Of a stretch of DNA of 64,000 nucleotides, positions 30,946 to 42,000 are shown in pieces. The DNA is from Ascoidea asiatica JCM 7603 (Eukaryota > Fungi > Ascomycota), in the NCBI GenBank assembly GCA_001600695.1, contig BCKQ01000019.1:87511-151510 (forward strand), written 5' to 3'. The translations under genes were made by a program, and so were the position numbers. Numbering within the stretch: the first letter of the stretch is position 1; every line of letters begins with the position of its first letter. Under the pieces are notes generated by a model that searched no databases, was not told where the DNA came from, and saw only the letters and a program-made list of their open reading frames with translations.

Positions 30946-33906
30946 TCAAGAGTAACAAAAGGAAGTAAAACAATTCTGACATTGAAGAGGAACCTCAAAT
31001 TTAGAAGAGTATTCATAATTCTTATTCATTCCTTTACTAATACGATCAAATTCTCTTTTCATTGTAGCACAAGCAATACATTGATCAAAATATGTTGAAT
31101 TATTATTTGTAGCAATACTATATCCATTTTCAATCATTTTACATTTTTCTTCATGATTATAAGTTAATTTAAATGTAGATTGATTACTTTCAAAAATTGC
31201 ATTATAATTTGGATAATAAACAATTAATGGTGGAAGCCAAGTATCTTCTTCTTGATCTTCATCATTGTTTCTATTTACATCTTCTTGATTTAAATCATCC
31301 AATATATCTTCACTATTACTTTCATTTTTATATCTAATTGGATAAGATTCATCCAAATTACAACCTAAAAAAATCGGTCCTTTATTTAAATTAAAATTAA
31401 CCATTTCATCTAATGTTGGAACTTTTGGAAAAATTTCATGTTCATAAACTATATTTCTATTATTGTTATTATTACTATTATTACTATCATAATAATTACT
31501 AATATTATTAAAAGTTAAATTATTTTTTTTAATATTATCAAAATAATTACCATGAATATATTTTGCTGTTGGCATTTTCCATAATGATTTTTTATTACCT
31601 TTTTGATATCTTTCACTTGTAAATTTTAATGTTGTACCATTTGGATAATTATATTTATCAGAAGTTGAATCAATTGCAAAAATTATATCTGATTTTCTAT
31701 CTTTAACTAATAATGGTTGAAAAGGTATATTTTGTCCATCTTCACCACCATCAACTAAAAATAAATGTCCAAATTCACTTATATTATTATATAAAGGTAA
31801 ACCATAAAATGGATTTGGTGTATAAATTGCATAATCTGGATGATTATTTCTTTTATTTTCATTTAAATTTAATCCAAAAACTTTTAAAATTGTATCAAAT
31901 GCTTTTAAAGTTTTTTCTTTTTTACTATTTGCAATTAATTCCCAAACAAATAATAATACACTATTAAATAATGATGATGATGTACCTGTAATAAATCCAA
32001 TATTATCAAAACCAGAAATACATTTATTTTTAAAAATTGGTTTACCATTTTTTAACATTGTACCTAAATATTTAATTTTTATAAAACCATTAATATAAGA
32101 TTCAAAACTACCAAATTCAAAAGGATTAAATTCAATTAATTGAGAATTTAAATTATTATTAAATTTATCATCTTCTGGCCATCTTAAATTTGAAATTAAT
32201 ATTGGAAATGGTTGATCAAAATTTTTAAAAGAATTTAAATTTTTAATATTTGAAATTGTTAAATTATTACCTAAATTTTTTGGTAATAATCTATTTGCTA
32301 AAGCTCTACCCCAATAATCTGTAAAAGAAATATGAAAACCAGCTTTTTTTTTTTCTCTTACATCTAAATGTAATTTATAATAAAAATCAATAATTTTTCT
32401 AAAATTTAATTTAATTAATCCATCTTTTTCTTCAATTTCATTTTCATAATCTTCATTATCTTCATTATTTTCATTACTTGAAGTTTGAGATTGAGATTGA
32501 AATTGAAATTGAGATTGAGATAATGTTAAATTTTGATTAATTTTATTATTTTGAGAAATATTTTTAATTGATTTAATTTTTTCATTTTCATGAGATAAAT
32601 TAAATAAAGGATCTTTTTTATTTGATTTAAAGAATTTTTTAAAATTGAAATTAAATTTAAAATTAAAAAAAGTAAAATCATTATAATAATTTTCTTCAAA
32701 TTCATTATTAATATCTTGTTTAACATCTTGTTTAATATCTTCTTTAGTTAATTTTGATTTTGATTTATAAAAAGTAGAAGATAATTTTTTTCTTAAATTA
32801 TAATTATTATTATTATTATTATTAAGTTTTTTATGATTTCTAATTTTATCAAAATTTAATTTTGGTATACCTTCTAATAAAGGTATATTTAAATCCCAAT
32901 AAGTTGGATGATCTCTTAAAGAAATAATTGAATTAAAATCATGAGAAATTAAAGAAGATAATAACCAAGTACCACCAGAAACACCAGAAATATAAGTTGT
33001 TGATTGTAATAAACCACCAAGATTACCATTTAAAGAAATATTTGAATTTTTAGTTCTTAAATCAAAAGCGCTTAAAATTCCAGAAGCTGTTAACATTGAT
33101 CTATAACCGCCACCAGAAATTGAAATTGAAATTATAATTTTTTTTGAAGAATTTTTTAAAAAATTATCAAGATTAAAATTTTTTAAATTTATTCTTTTTA
33201 AAAAATTTATATAATTTAATTGAGTTTTTAAATTTCTATTTTTTATATAAATTTTTTCATCATTTGAAATTAAATTATTTGAAAATCTAAATAAATTATT
33301 TGAATTTGAATTTGAATTATATATTGGACAATTTGTGATATATGGAGCATAATTTGAATTAAAATTTGATAAAAGATTATTTTCTATTAATTTATTTTTT
33401 ATTGAATTTTTTATATTTTGTTTTAATAAATTATTATTTTTATTTAATTTATTAACTTTATTGAAAAAAGTATTTACTGCCGAAGTTATAATATAACTAT
33501 TATTATTGTAGTTATTAATATATGAAGGAATTGAATTTGAAATTAATATTTTTGTTTTAATTTCAGTTTCTAATTTAGTTTCAGTTTTAGTTTTAGTTTT
33601 AGTTTTAATTTTAATTTGAGTTGAAATTAATATTGAAGTTAAAGTTTTAAATTGAATAGATTGATAAGTTGAATTATAAGATGAATTTGAAGATAAATTT
33701 AAAGATAAATTTGTAGTTAATAATGGAAATGATTTGATTCTTATTGGAACTCTTGTTGGAATTATAAAAGATGATATTGGTATCGAAGATAATGTTGGAG
33801 ATAATGTTGGAGATGGAGATGGAGATGGAGATGAAGAATATATAGAAATTGAAGAAATAATAAATGAAAATAAAAGATATAATAATTTAATATTAGAAAT
33901 ATGCAT
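30946..33906 (-). CDS. SPO1: Phospholipase B/lysophospholipase, Spo1-like, with long Ser/Thr/Asn-rich N-terminal extension
   Basis: Signal peptide, YAPYITNCP, ISISGGGYRSML, GGLLQSTTYISGVSGGTWL (catalytic Ser), AGFHISFTDYWGRAL, EFNPFEFGS, LVDGGEDGQNIP, C-terminal CQNCFTSFCY without a GPI tail (Spo1-like rather than Plb1-like). Confidence 0.75.
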   Translation of the reverse strand: MHISNIKLLYLLFSFIISSISIYSSSPSPSPSPTLSPTLSSIPISSFIIPTRVPIRIKSFPLLTTNLSLNLSSNSSYNSTYQSIQFKTLTSILISTQIKIKTKTKTKTETKLETEIKTKILISNSIPSYINNYNNNSYIITSAVNTFFNKVNKLNKNNNLLKQNIKNSIKNKLIENNLLSNFNSNYAPYITNCPIYNSNSNSNNLFRFSNNLISNDEKIYIKNRNLKTQLNYINFLKRINLKNFNLDNFLKNSSKKIIISISISGGGYRSMLTASGILSAFDLRTKNSNISLNGNLGGLLQSTTYISGVSGGTWLLSSLISHDFNSIISLRDHPTYWDLNIPLLEGIPKLNFDKIRNHKKLNNNNNNNYNLRKKLSSTFYKSKSKLTKEDIKQDVKQDINNEFEENYYNDFTFFNFKFNFNFKKFFKSNKKDPLFNLSHENEKIKSIKNISQNNKINQNLTLSQSQFQFQSQSQTSSNENNEDNEDYENEIEEKDGLIKLNFRKIIDFYYKLHLDVREKKKAGFHISFTDYWGRALANRLLPKNLGNNLTISNIKNLNSFKNFDQPFPILISNLRWPEDDKFNNNLNSQLIEFNPFEFGSFESYINGFIKIKYLGTMLKNGKPIFKNKCISGFDNIGFITGTSSSLFNSVLLFVWELIANSKKEKTLKAFDTILKVFGLNLNENKRNNHPDYAIYTPNPFYGLPLYNNISEFGHLFLVDGGEDGQNIPFQPLLVKDRKSDIIFAIDSTSDKYNYPNGTTLKFTSERYQKGNKKSLWKMPTAKYIHGNYFDNIKKNNLTFNNISNYYDSNNSNNNNNRNIVYEHEIFPKVPTLDEMVNFNLNKGPIFLGCNLDESYPIRYKNESNSEDILDDLNQEDVNRNNDEDQEEDTWLPPLIVYYPNYNAIFESNQSTFKLTYNHEEKCKMIENGYSIATNNNSTYFDQCIACATMKREFDRISKGMNKNYEYSSKFEVPLQCQNCFTSFCYS

Positions 33907-34035
33907 TTTTTAATTTATTCTTATTTATTCTTTATTCATTTTTATTTTGATTAGATTGAATTGAATTGAATAGAATAGAATTGAACTAAGTAGAATTGGA
34001 ATAAGTTTCAGATAAAGAATAAAGAATAAAGAAGA

Positions 34036-34065
34036 ATTGAATTGAATTGAATTGAATTGAATTGA
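34036..34065 (+). repeat. (GAATT)n pentamer microsatellite upstream of SPO1
   Basis: About six units; similar arrays near 10985, 33955, 38096 and 38625. Confidence 0.8.
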
Positions 34066-34701
34066 ACTGTCAGGTCCATTTCTGTTGTTCTTGATCCTGA
34101 AGATTCTTTTGCCACTGCTGTTTCTCAACCATAGCGCCACTTCATCGCTGGCTCCTTTGAAGATTTTCACGCAGCAGAAACAGCAGCTCTTTGGTCACTT
34201 TCCTCTCTTGCTTCCATCATTGTCACCAGCCACAACTCACAGCTTCTCTCGTCTTCTCTCAACTTCTCTTCTCTTCTCTTCTCCTGTCTTCTCTGGCAAT
34301 GCTTCTTCTTCTTCTTCTTCTTCTTCTTCTGCTTCTTCTGCTTCTTCTTCTTCTTCTTTAACTTCAACATCAACAACAAACAACAAAATACGCGGCTGAA
34401 GGTGTTCCGTGGTCCGTGTTCCACTGGTGTGGTTTCATTGCGGTGTTGTTTCTTCCGTGTTCCGCCCATCGCTGATTATTCGCATTACTCTCGTTACTCT
34501 CGTTAATCTCGTTATTCTTCTGTTTCTTCTGTTTCTGCTTCTTCTGAATTTAATTTAAGGGGTATTTTTTTATTGTTTGATTTGAAAAAAGTCATTGAAC
34601 TGAAAATCTATAAAAGAAAAAAGATAAAAGAAAAAAGAAAGACACTGTAAAAGATATTAAAAAAAGAGTAAAACTAAGACTAAGAATAAGACTAAGAATA
34701 A

Positions 34702-35412
34702 TTATTGAGGAAATAATTTAATATAATCATAATATGTCATTGAAGATTTATCACCTTTATATTTAATTAAATTTAAATTTAATTTTTCAATATCATTAAA
34801 ATCATTAACTAAAGGTCCACCAGCTTTTTTTATAAGATATTTTAATGTTGTAAATTTATCCCAATTTTGTTCAATTGATACATCTGGTAAAAATGTTGAA
34901 TTTAATTTTAAATTATTAAATTTAAAATTAATTTTTAAACCATTTAAACCAATTTTCCAATCTTTTAAATTTTTACAAAATTTAAATTCTTTAAGTAAAT
35001 TTATTGAAACTTTTAAATTTTTAATTTCTTTAATTTCAATTTTTTTAAATCTTGGATCTTTAAATGCTGCAAGTTTACAATATTCTGAAATTCCATTTGA
35101 TAAATTTAATTCTGAAAAACATCCAATACATCCCCTTAATTCACAATCTTCATCTTCATAATCATCTTCATCTTCATCTTCATCGTCATATTCATTTTCT
35201 TTATTATTGAGATTATAAATAGTATTCCAAGTTACAAATAATGGAAATTGATCATTTAAATTAATATCATCTTTATAATTTAATTTCTTCTCAAAATATT
35301 CTTTATAATATTTTAATGAATATTTACTATCATTTTTAATTCCATTTAAATTAGAAATTAATACATCAAATGCATATGCTGTATATGGTGATTTAATATA
35401 CTTATTCTTCAT
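34702..35412 (-). CDS. AMMECR1-family protein (YOR289W-like)
   Basis: PLFVTW, LRGCIGCF, AAFKDPRF, DWKIGLNG, STFLPDVSIEQNW, LIKKAG, YKGDKS. Confidence 0.9.
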   Translation of the reverse strand: MKNKYIKSPYTAYAFDVLISNLNGIKNDSKYSLKYYKEYFEKKLNYKDDINLNDQFPLFVTWNTIYNLNNKENEYDDEDEDEDDYEDEDCELRGCIGCFSELNLSNGISEYCKLAAFKDPRFKKIEIKEIKNLKVSINLLKEFKFCKNLKDWKIGLNGLKINFKFNNLKLNSTFLPDVSIEQNWDKFTTLKYLIKKAGGPLVNDFNDIEKLNLNLIKYKGDKSSMTYYDYIKLFPQ

Positions 35413-35555
35413 TTTAATCTATTTACTTTCTTCTCTTTGCTCTTTACTCTCTATATATTATTTTATATTAGAATAAAGATAAAGATAAGAATTTGATAAG
35501 AATATGATAAGAATATGATAAGGATAAGGATATAAAGGGTTATTTATACTAGTAG

Positions 35556-35597
35556 TACTTAAGTACTTAGTACTTAATACTTAATACTTAATACTTA
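35556..35597 (+). repeat. (TACTTAA/TACTTAG)n heptamer microsatellite
   Basis: Degenerate tandem units in the PRS3-AMMECR1 spacer; further copies at 35651-35710. Confidence 0.7.
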
Positions 35598-35808
35598 GTA
35601 ATTAACCGTGGTGGTAGTAAATTAACTCTATTTCCGATGTCAGCAATCAATACTTAACTACTTAACTAGTAAAGAACTTAACTATTGCTTTTAACTACTG
35701 TACTTAATTAGAAATAGAATTGATTGTATAAATATGTATGAAATTTAGAGAATATAAAGAATAAGAACATAAAGATAATAACATAAAGAATAAGAAAATA
35801 AAAATTAT

Positions 35809-36771
35809 CTAGAGAGGAGAATTTCTGAATAAATATGAAACAGATTCACCATTATGTAATCTTCTAATAGCTTCTGCTAAAACTCCAGATATATCAATTG
35901 TATCTAATTTTGGACATAATAATTTTTTATCATTAAATGGTACAGTATTTGTACAAACAACTTTATCTAATTTACTTTGATTAATATTTTTAATTGCATT
36001 ACCTGATAATATACCATGAGTTACAATTGCAATAACTAATTTTGCACCATTTTTAATTAAAATATCTGCAGCTTTTGATAATGTACCACATGTATCAGCC
36101 ATATCATCAACAATTATACAAATTTTATTTAAAACATCACCAACTAAAACCATTCTTGAAACTTCATTAGCAATTGCTCTTTCTTTATGAATTAAAGCAA
36201 AATTTAAATCTAATCTATCTGCTAAAGATGCTGCTCTTTTTGCACCACCTGCATCAGGTGAAACTAAAATTGAATTTTTATAATCAATATTTGATTTTAT
36301 ATATCTTAAAACACTTGGTTCAGCATATAAATTATCTGCAGGTACATCAAAAAATCCTTGAATTTGAGATGCATGTAAATCCATAGTAATAATATGATTT
36401 GCACCAGAAGTTGTTAACATATCTGCAACTAATTTTGCAGAAATTGGAGCTCTACTTTTATCTTTTCTATCTTGTCTTGCATATGGAAAATTTGGTATAA
36501 CAGCAGTAATTCTTCTTGCACTTGCAGTTTTACAAGCATTAATAATAATTAATAATTCTAAAATTCTATCATTAACATCTCCAGAAGATATTTGAGAAAT
36601 TATATAAATATCTTCATCTCTTACAGATTCTCCAATACTAAAAGAAACTTCACCATTTGATTCTCTTTTTAAATCAACTTTACATAATGGTAAACCTAAT
36701 CTTTTTGAAACTAATTCTGCTAAACCACGATGAATATCTGAAGAAATTAATTTTATATTATTCGAAGCCAT
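35809..36771 (-). CDS. PRS3: Ribose-phosphate pyrophosphokinase (Prs3-type)
   Basis: [82 protein letters not shown]. Confidence 0.93.
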   Translation of the reverse strand: MASNNIKLISSDIHRGLAELVSKRLGLPLCKVDLKRESNGEVSFSIGESVRDEDIYIISQISSGDVNDRILELLIIINACKTASARRITAVIPNFPYARQDRKDKSRAPISAKLVADMLTTSGANHIITMDLHASQIQGFFDVPADNLYAEPSVLRYIKSNIDYKNSILVSPDAGGAKRAASLADRLDLNFALIHKERAIANEVSRMVLVGDVLNKICIIVDDMADTCGTLSKAADILIKNGAKLVIAIVTHGILSGNAIKNINQSKLDKVVCTNTVPFNDKKLLCPKLDTIDISGVLAEAIRRLHNGESVSYLFRNSPL

Positions 36772-37264
36772 TTTTTTATTCTATAATTTATAATGAAATA
36801 TTTATCTTTATCTTTATCTTTATCTTTATCTGTATATTTATATTTATATTAATATTTATATTTATATTTATATTTATAAGTTTATATATTTATATTTATA
36901 TTTATATGTGAGTAAGTTACTAGTAACAATAATAATTATAATTGATTTGATTTTAATTTGAGTAATATCTATTAAAGAACCATGATTAATTAATATTTAT
37001 TTAGGAAAAAAAGAAGAGAAAATAAAAGAGATCAATAAAATAGAAAGTAAATTCTAAAAGAATTCTAAAATTCGAAATCAAAATAAACTGAAACGAAAGT
37101 AAAATTTAAAAAAAAAAAAGAAAGACATAAAAAAATTTAAGATATTTAAATATTTGATACTTTTAATAATATTTATACATAATAAAATATTGAGATCAAA
37201 ACGGTACAGTATTGGTTTAGTTACTACTGAACAGAACTGAACTGTGGAAAAAAAAAAGATGGAT

Positions 37265-37365
37265 AAATTTTTTAACGATGAGGATAATTCTTTAGCAGAC
37301 TGAGCGAGTGGTAGTTAAGACTTCAGCTGCTCGGCTTCATCCAGCAATGGCAAAGAACGATGAGC
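37265..37365. promoter_or_regulatory. RRPE/PAC-like elements upstream of PRS3
   Basis: AAATTTTTT at 37265, CGATGAG at 37276, CGATGAGC at 37358. Confidence 0.4.
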
Positions 37366-39011
37366 AGATGCAACACCAGCAGCAGCACGGCACGGCAGCC
37401 AGCAAGGCCCCCCGGGAGCACCAGCCAATCACAGAGCAGAGCCGTAACATGTCAGGTGCAGGTCACGAGAATATCAGCTTTAAAGGTATCCCTATTATTG
37501 GTCTCTAATAAGTCAGCTGTTTTAATGATCTTGTGACTGATTACTCCTTGATTACGTACTTCATACCAAAAACACGGGTTTAAACATTAGTGCAGTTACT
37601 AGCCTGAGACAACATACAATGGTTGCATGTTTCCCCCTGCAACACGGAGCGGGCTTTTTTTGTGAAGCGTCTAAAAGTAGGCGTCTGCTGAAACTTTCTG
37701 TACGCTGCACTCTCATCCTTTTCTTGCAGTGCCACCAAGACGCCTGCATACTCCGGTTCCGCGGCTTTCCAACTATCCGAAACTCGACCACAACCACCAC
37801 AAACAGCAGAAGCAGCAGAAGCAGCAGAAGCAGCAGCAGCAACAACAACAACAACAACTTCATGACCCTTAGCCTCAGTCTCTTTGTCTTTGTCTTCTTC
37901 TTCTCTTTCTGCTGCTTCAATTTCTGGCTCTTTGTGCCCATTTCCCTTGCCTGGGCTAGTTCTGTTTCTAGGCTGGTACGAACGAATGTAACTGCATCGA
38001 TCCCACTTCTGCCCACCATTTTTATTCTTTTATTCATTGTATTAACACCTTACCAGAAATAAACTAACTTTTCTTTTCTTTTCTTTTCTTTTTATTTCAA
38101 TTTAATTCAATTTAATTCAATTCAATCTAATTCTTTTTAATTCCAAATCGATTTATTTCATTTAATTTCATTGTAAATCTCATAAAAACCACAATCTTTT
38201 TAACATTCCATTTATTTACAAAATTTTCACTTAAATGTATTCTAAATCCACCTCTCAACAATTATTAACAGATCAACTGAATATGAAAACTGTAACAAAA
38301 TTATTCTTTGTTTTTTTTTTTGGATCTTCGAATTTCAATAAATTTCAATAAATAAATAAAAGTGAATAGAAATGTTATGTAACGTATGAGATAAACACCC
38401 ATTTTTTTAGTCTCATTTTTAATATTCACCAAGTATTAATACTAATAGTAATACTAATAGTATTAGCTAATTGTAATTTAATAATCATCCATTGTTACTT
38501 TATTTCAAATAATTATTATAAAATATCTAATTTTGCTCAATTTATAAATATTTCTTTCACTATTTATATTCTAATCTTTTAATCAATCTTTTAATCAATC
38601 TATTAATCAATTTTATTAATACTTCAATTCGATTCAATTCAATTCAATCTAATTCTGATTCTTCTCAGATTCAGATTCATCTGAGACATAGATTCATTTT
38701 AACACTCACATTCACATTCAACCCAATTATATACTCAAATATATATATCAAATATTCATTCTTGGATTCATATTAATACCAATATATCTCTTATTACCGT
38801 ACTTGAAAAAAACTTCCCTTTTTTTTATCATCTCCAATTATATTAATTATCTTAATTAACCCCTAGATTTCTTTATCAATTTTTCCATTTTATATAAATT
38901 ATATATCTTATAAAATACTTATTATTCATATGTAAATGATTGCATTCAATTCATAATATAAGTAAAATATAATCCAATATAATAATAACATCAATAGTAT
39001 AATAAAAAGAC

Positions 39012-42000
39012 ATGCCTTCTTATCATTATAATTATAATAACAACATTATTTCAAATAGTAATAGTAATAATAATAACAATAACAAAAGACATTCAAAAAC
39101 AAGAGAATTATTCGATCAATTCAATAATAGATTTTCATTATCTTCTTCTTTATCAAATTCAACAATTTCAAATTCAGTAATTTCTTCAAATTCTTCAAAT
39201 TCTTCAAATTTATCAAATTCATTCTCTAATTCATATTCAAATACTTTCTCAATTCATTCAAATAATTCTTTAATTTCTTCAAATTCTTCAAATAATTCAA
39301 TAAATAATTCAATAATTAATAAAAAAAATATTAATAATAATATAAATAATAAAAGAAAATCAAGAAATATGATTATTTCAAATCCAATTTTAACTAATTC
39401 AACAAATTCAACAAGTTTAAATAATATACAAATTAATAAATTACATAACTCAATCTCAAGAAATTCTTCAAAAAGTTCAAATTCAACTTCAAATTCAAGA
39501 AATACTTCTTACATTAACACTAATAATATTAATAATAATAATAATAGTAATAATAATAATAATCAATTTCAATCAATTTCAATACCTAATTCTTTATCAA
39601 CTCCAAATTTAAACTTAAATTCAAATTCAAATTCAAATTTAAATGAAATTAATTCTGCAATTATAAAATCTAATACCAACTCAAATATAGATTCAATTAA
39701 AGAATCAAATAATGACTTAAATAAAGATTTAAATATTGAAGCTAATATTGAATCAAGTATTGATTCTGATGAATTAAATGATAACTCAAATACAGAGTCA
39801 AATGAACTTAAATTTGAAAATAAACTTGAAATTGAAATTAATGAAAATAAAAAAAAAAATAGAAAAAGTATAATAATTAATAATAATGATCTTGATTTTA
39901 CTTTACAATTATCAAAAAATCTTGCAGTTCAATCAAGAAAATTACAAATTGAAAATTTAAAATATATTCAAAAAATTAATAATTTAAAATTAAAAATTAA
40001 AAATTTAAAAATTCAATTAAATGATAATAATCAATTAAATAATAATGAATCAAATAATAAAATTAAAATTTTAAATGAAAAAATTACTAATTTAAATAAT
40101 TTAATATCAAATTTAAATCAATCAATTTTAGAAAAAGATAATTTACAAAATTTAACTCAAAATGATTTAAAAATTTCAAAAGATTCATATATTTTTTTAA
40201 ATTCTCAATTTAATCAATATAAATTAAAATCTATTCAAATTATTGAGAATTTAAAAAAAAATCAATCTTTGAATTTAAATTTAAATAATTCTTCTCCTTC
40301 AATAAATTCTATAACTTCTTTTGCAACTATTACTAATAATAATTCAAATTCAAATATCTCAAGTATTTCAAATATCTCAAATCCAAATAATACAACTAGA
40401 TCTTCCTTTGATATTCAATTTCAAGAAAATAATAATAGTTTATCTTCAACTTCTTCAAATTCAACTCAATTTGTTTCTTTATTATCAGAAAATAAATCTT
40501 TGAAAAATAAAATTATTCAATTACAAAATTTGAAAAAAATTGAAAAAGATTCAATAAATTTAGAAATTCAAAATTTACAAGAAAAATTAATTAAAATTTC
40601 AAATGATTTATCAATTAAAGATTCAAAATTAATGAAATCTGAAAATGCTCTTCAAAATTATAAAAATTTTGATAATGATCCAAAAAGCTTAAGATTAAAA
40701 TTAGAAAATTATATTAGAAAAAATAATTTAGTTTTATTAGATTTAACTGAATACAAATCTTTACAAAAAATGTCAATAATTTCAACAAATTCATTTAATT
40801 CAAATACAAATTCTCAAACTTCAAATACTTCAAATAATTTAAGTACAAATGCTTCAATAACTAATAGTTCATTGAATTCAACTACAATGATTTCAAATTT
40901 TGATGAAAATTCTTTTATTTCTAATTTAAATTCAAATTTTAATACTTTTAGAGATAAACTTTCTGATAAAGTTTCAAATAGATTATCAACTTTTGATCCA
41001 ATTAAGGATACAAATAGAGATTCAATTATTGATATTGAATCTTCAACTTCTTCATCAAAAAGAGATTCAACTATTTCAATTGATCAAAAATCAAAAGTTT
41101 CAAGATTACAACAAATGTTATATAATCATAAAATCCTAGAAAAACATACAAATGAATTAAAAGCTGAAGTAGAAAATTATAAAGTTAAATTAGAAACTGT
41201 TTCAAATGAATATGATCAATTATTAACATCAAATACTGTATTAAAAACTGGTAAAGAAAAAATTCAAACTGAATTAAATGATTTAACAAATAAATTCAAC
41301 TCATTATTTGAAAGAAATGTTGCTTTGAAAAAAGGAAATAAATCTTTATCATTAGAAAATTCTGATTTAAATAATCATTTATCTAAAATTCAAATTGAAA
41401 ATAATGAATTTCATTTTAAAATTGAAGAATTAGATTTGAAAGTTGGTAATTTAAGAAATCAAATTAATGGTCTTGAATCTGAAATTCAAGAATTATCAGA
41501 AAATAATTCTATAAAAACAAAAGAAAATGAACATTTGAAAACAGATATTAATCGTTCTATTTTAGAAAAAATTAAATTATCTGATGAAATTAAAACTCTT
41601 AAAAAGAAATTACAAGTTGAAAAAGAAGAAAAAAAAATTATACATGAAAAATCTTTAACAAAATCTTCAATGATTCATCAAGTTCAAACCATACTTGGAA
41701 CAAGCTTAATATCATTGACCAGCCCTAGTAATGATAGATTCCCTCAGAGTTTGAAACAGGATCCTAAAAAAATATCATCAGTTTTAACAAAAATTAGCAC
41801 CAATGAAACATTATCTGAAAAAGTTGTTAATCTTGATATCAATGCTTATAAAGATAAAAGCATTGAAAATAAAGTAAGAGAAAAGAATGATGACATGCAA
41901 AGTGATACTGATGTTAGTAGTATTGGTATTATAGAAGCTGATAGTTCAGATAATGATACAGACTCTGAATCTGGATCAATTTCTGATGAAAGTTTGATTA

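Noticed and set aside
34085-38062. ORFs 34085-34399, 34167-34469, 37308-37508, 37561-38037 and 37619-38062
   Set aside because: Products of stop-poor GC islands and trinucleotide repeats. Codon usage is unlike real genes here, some lack an ATG, and no domains are recognisable.
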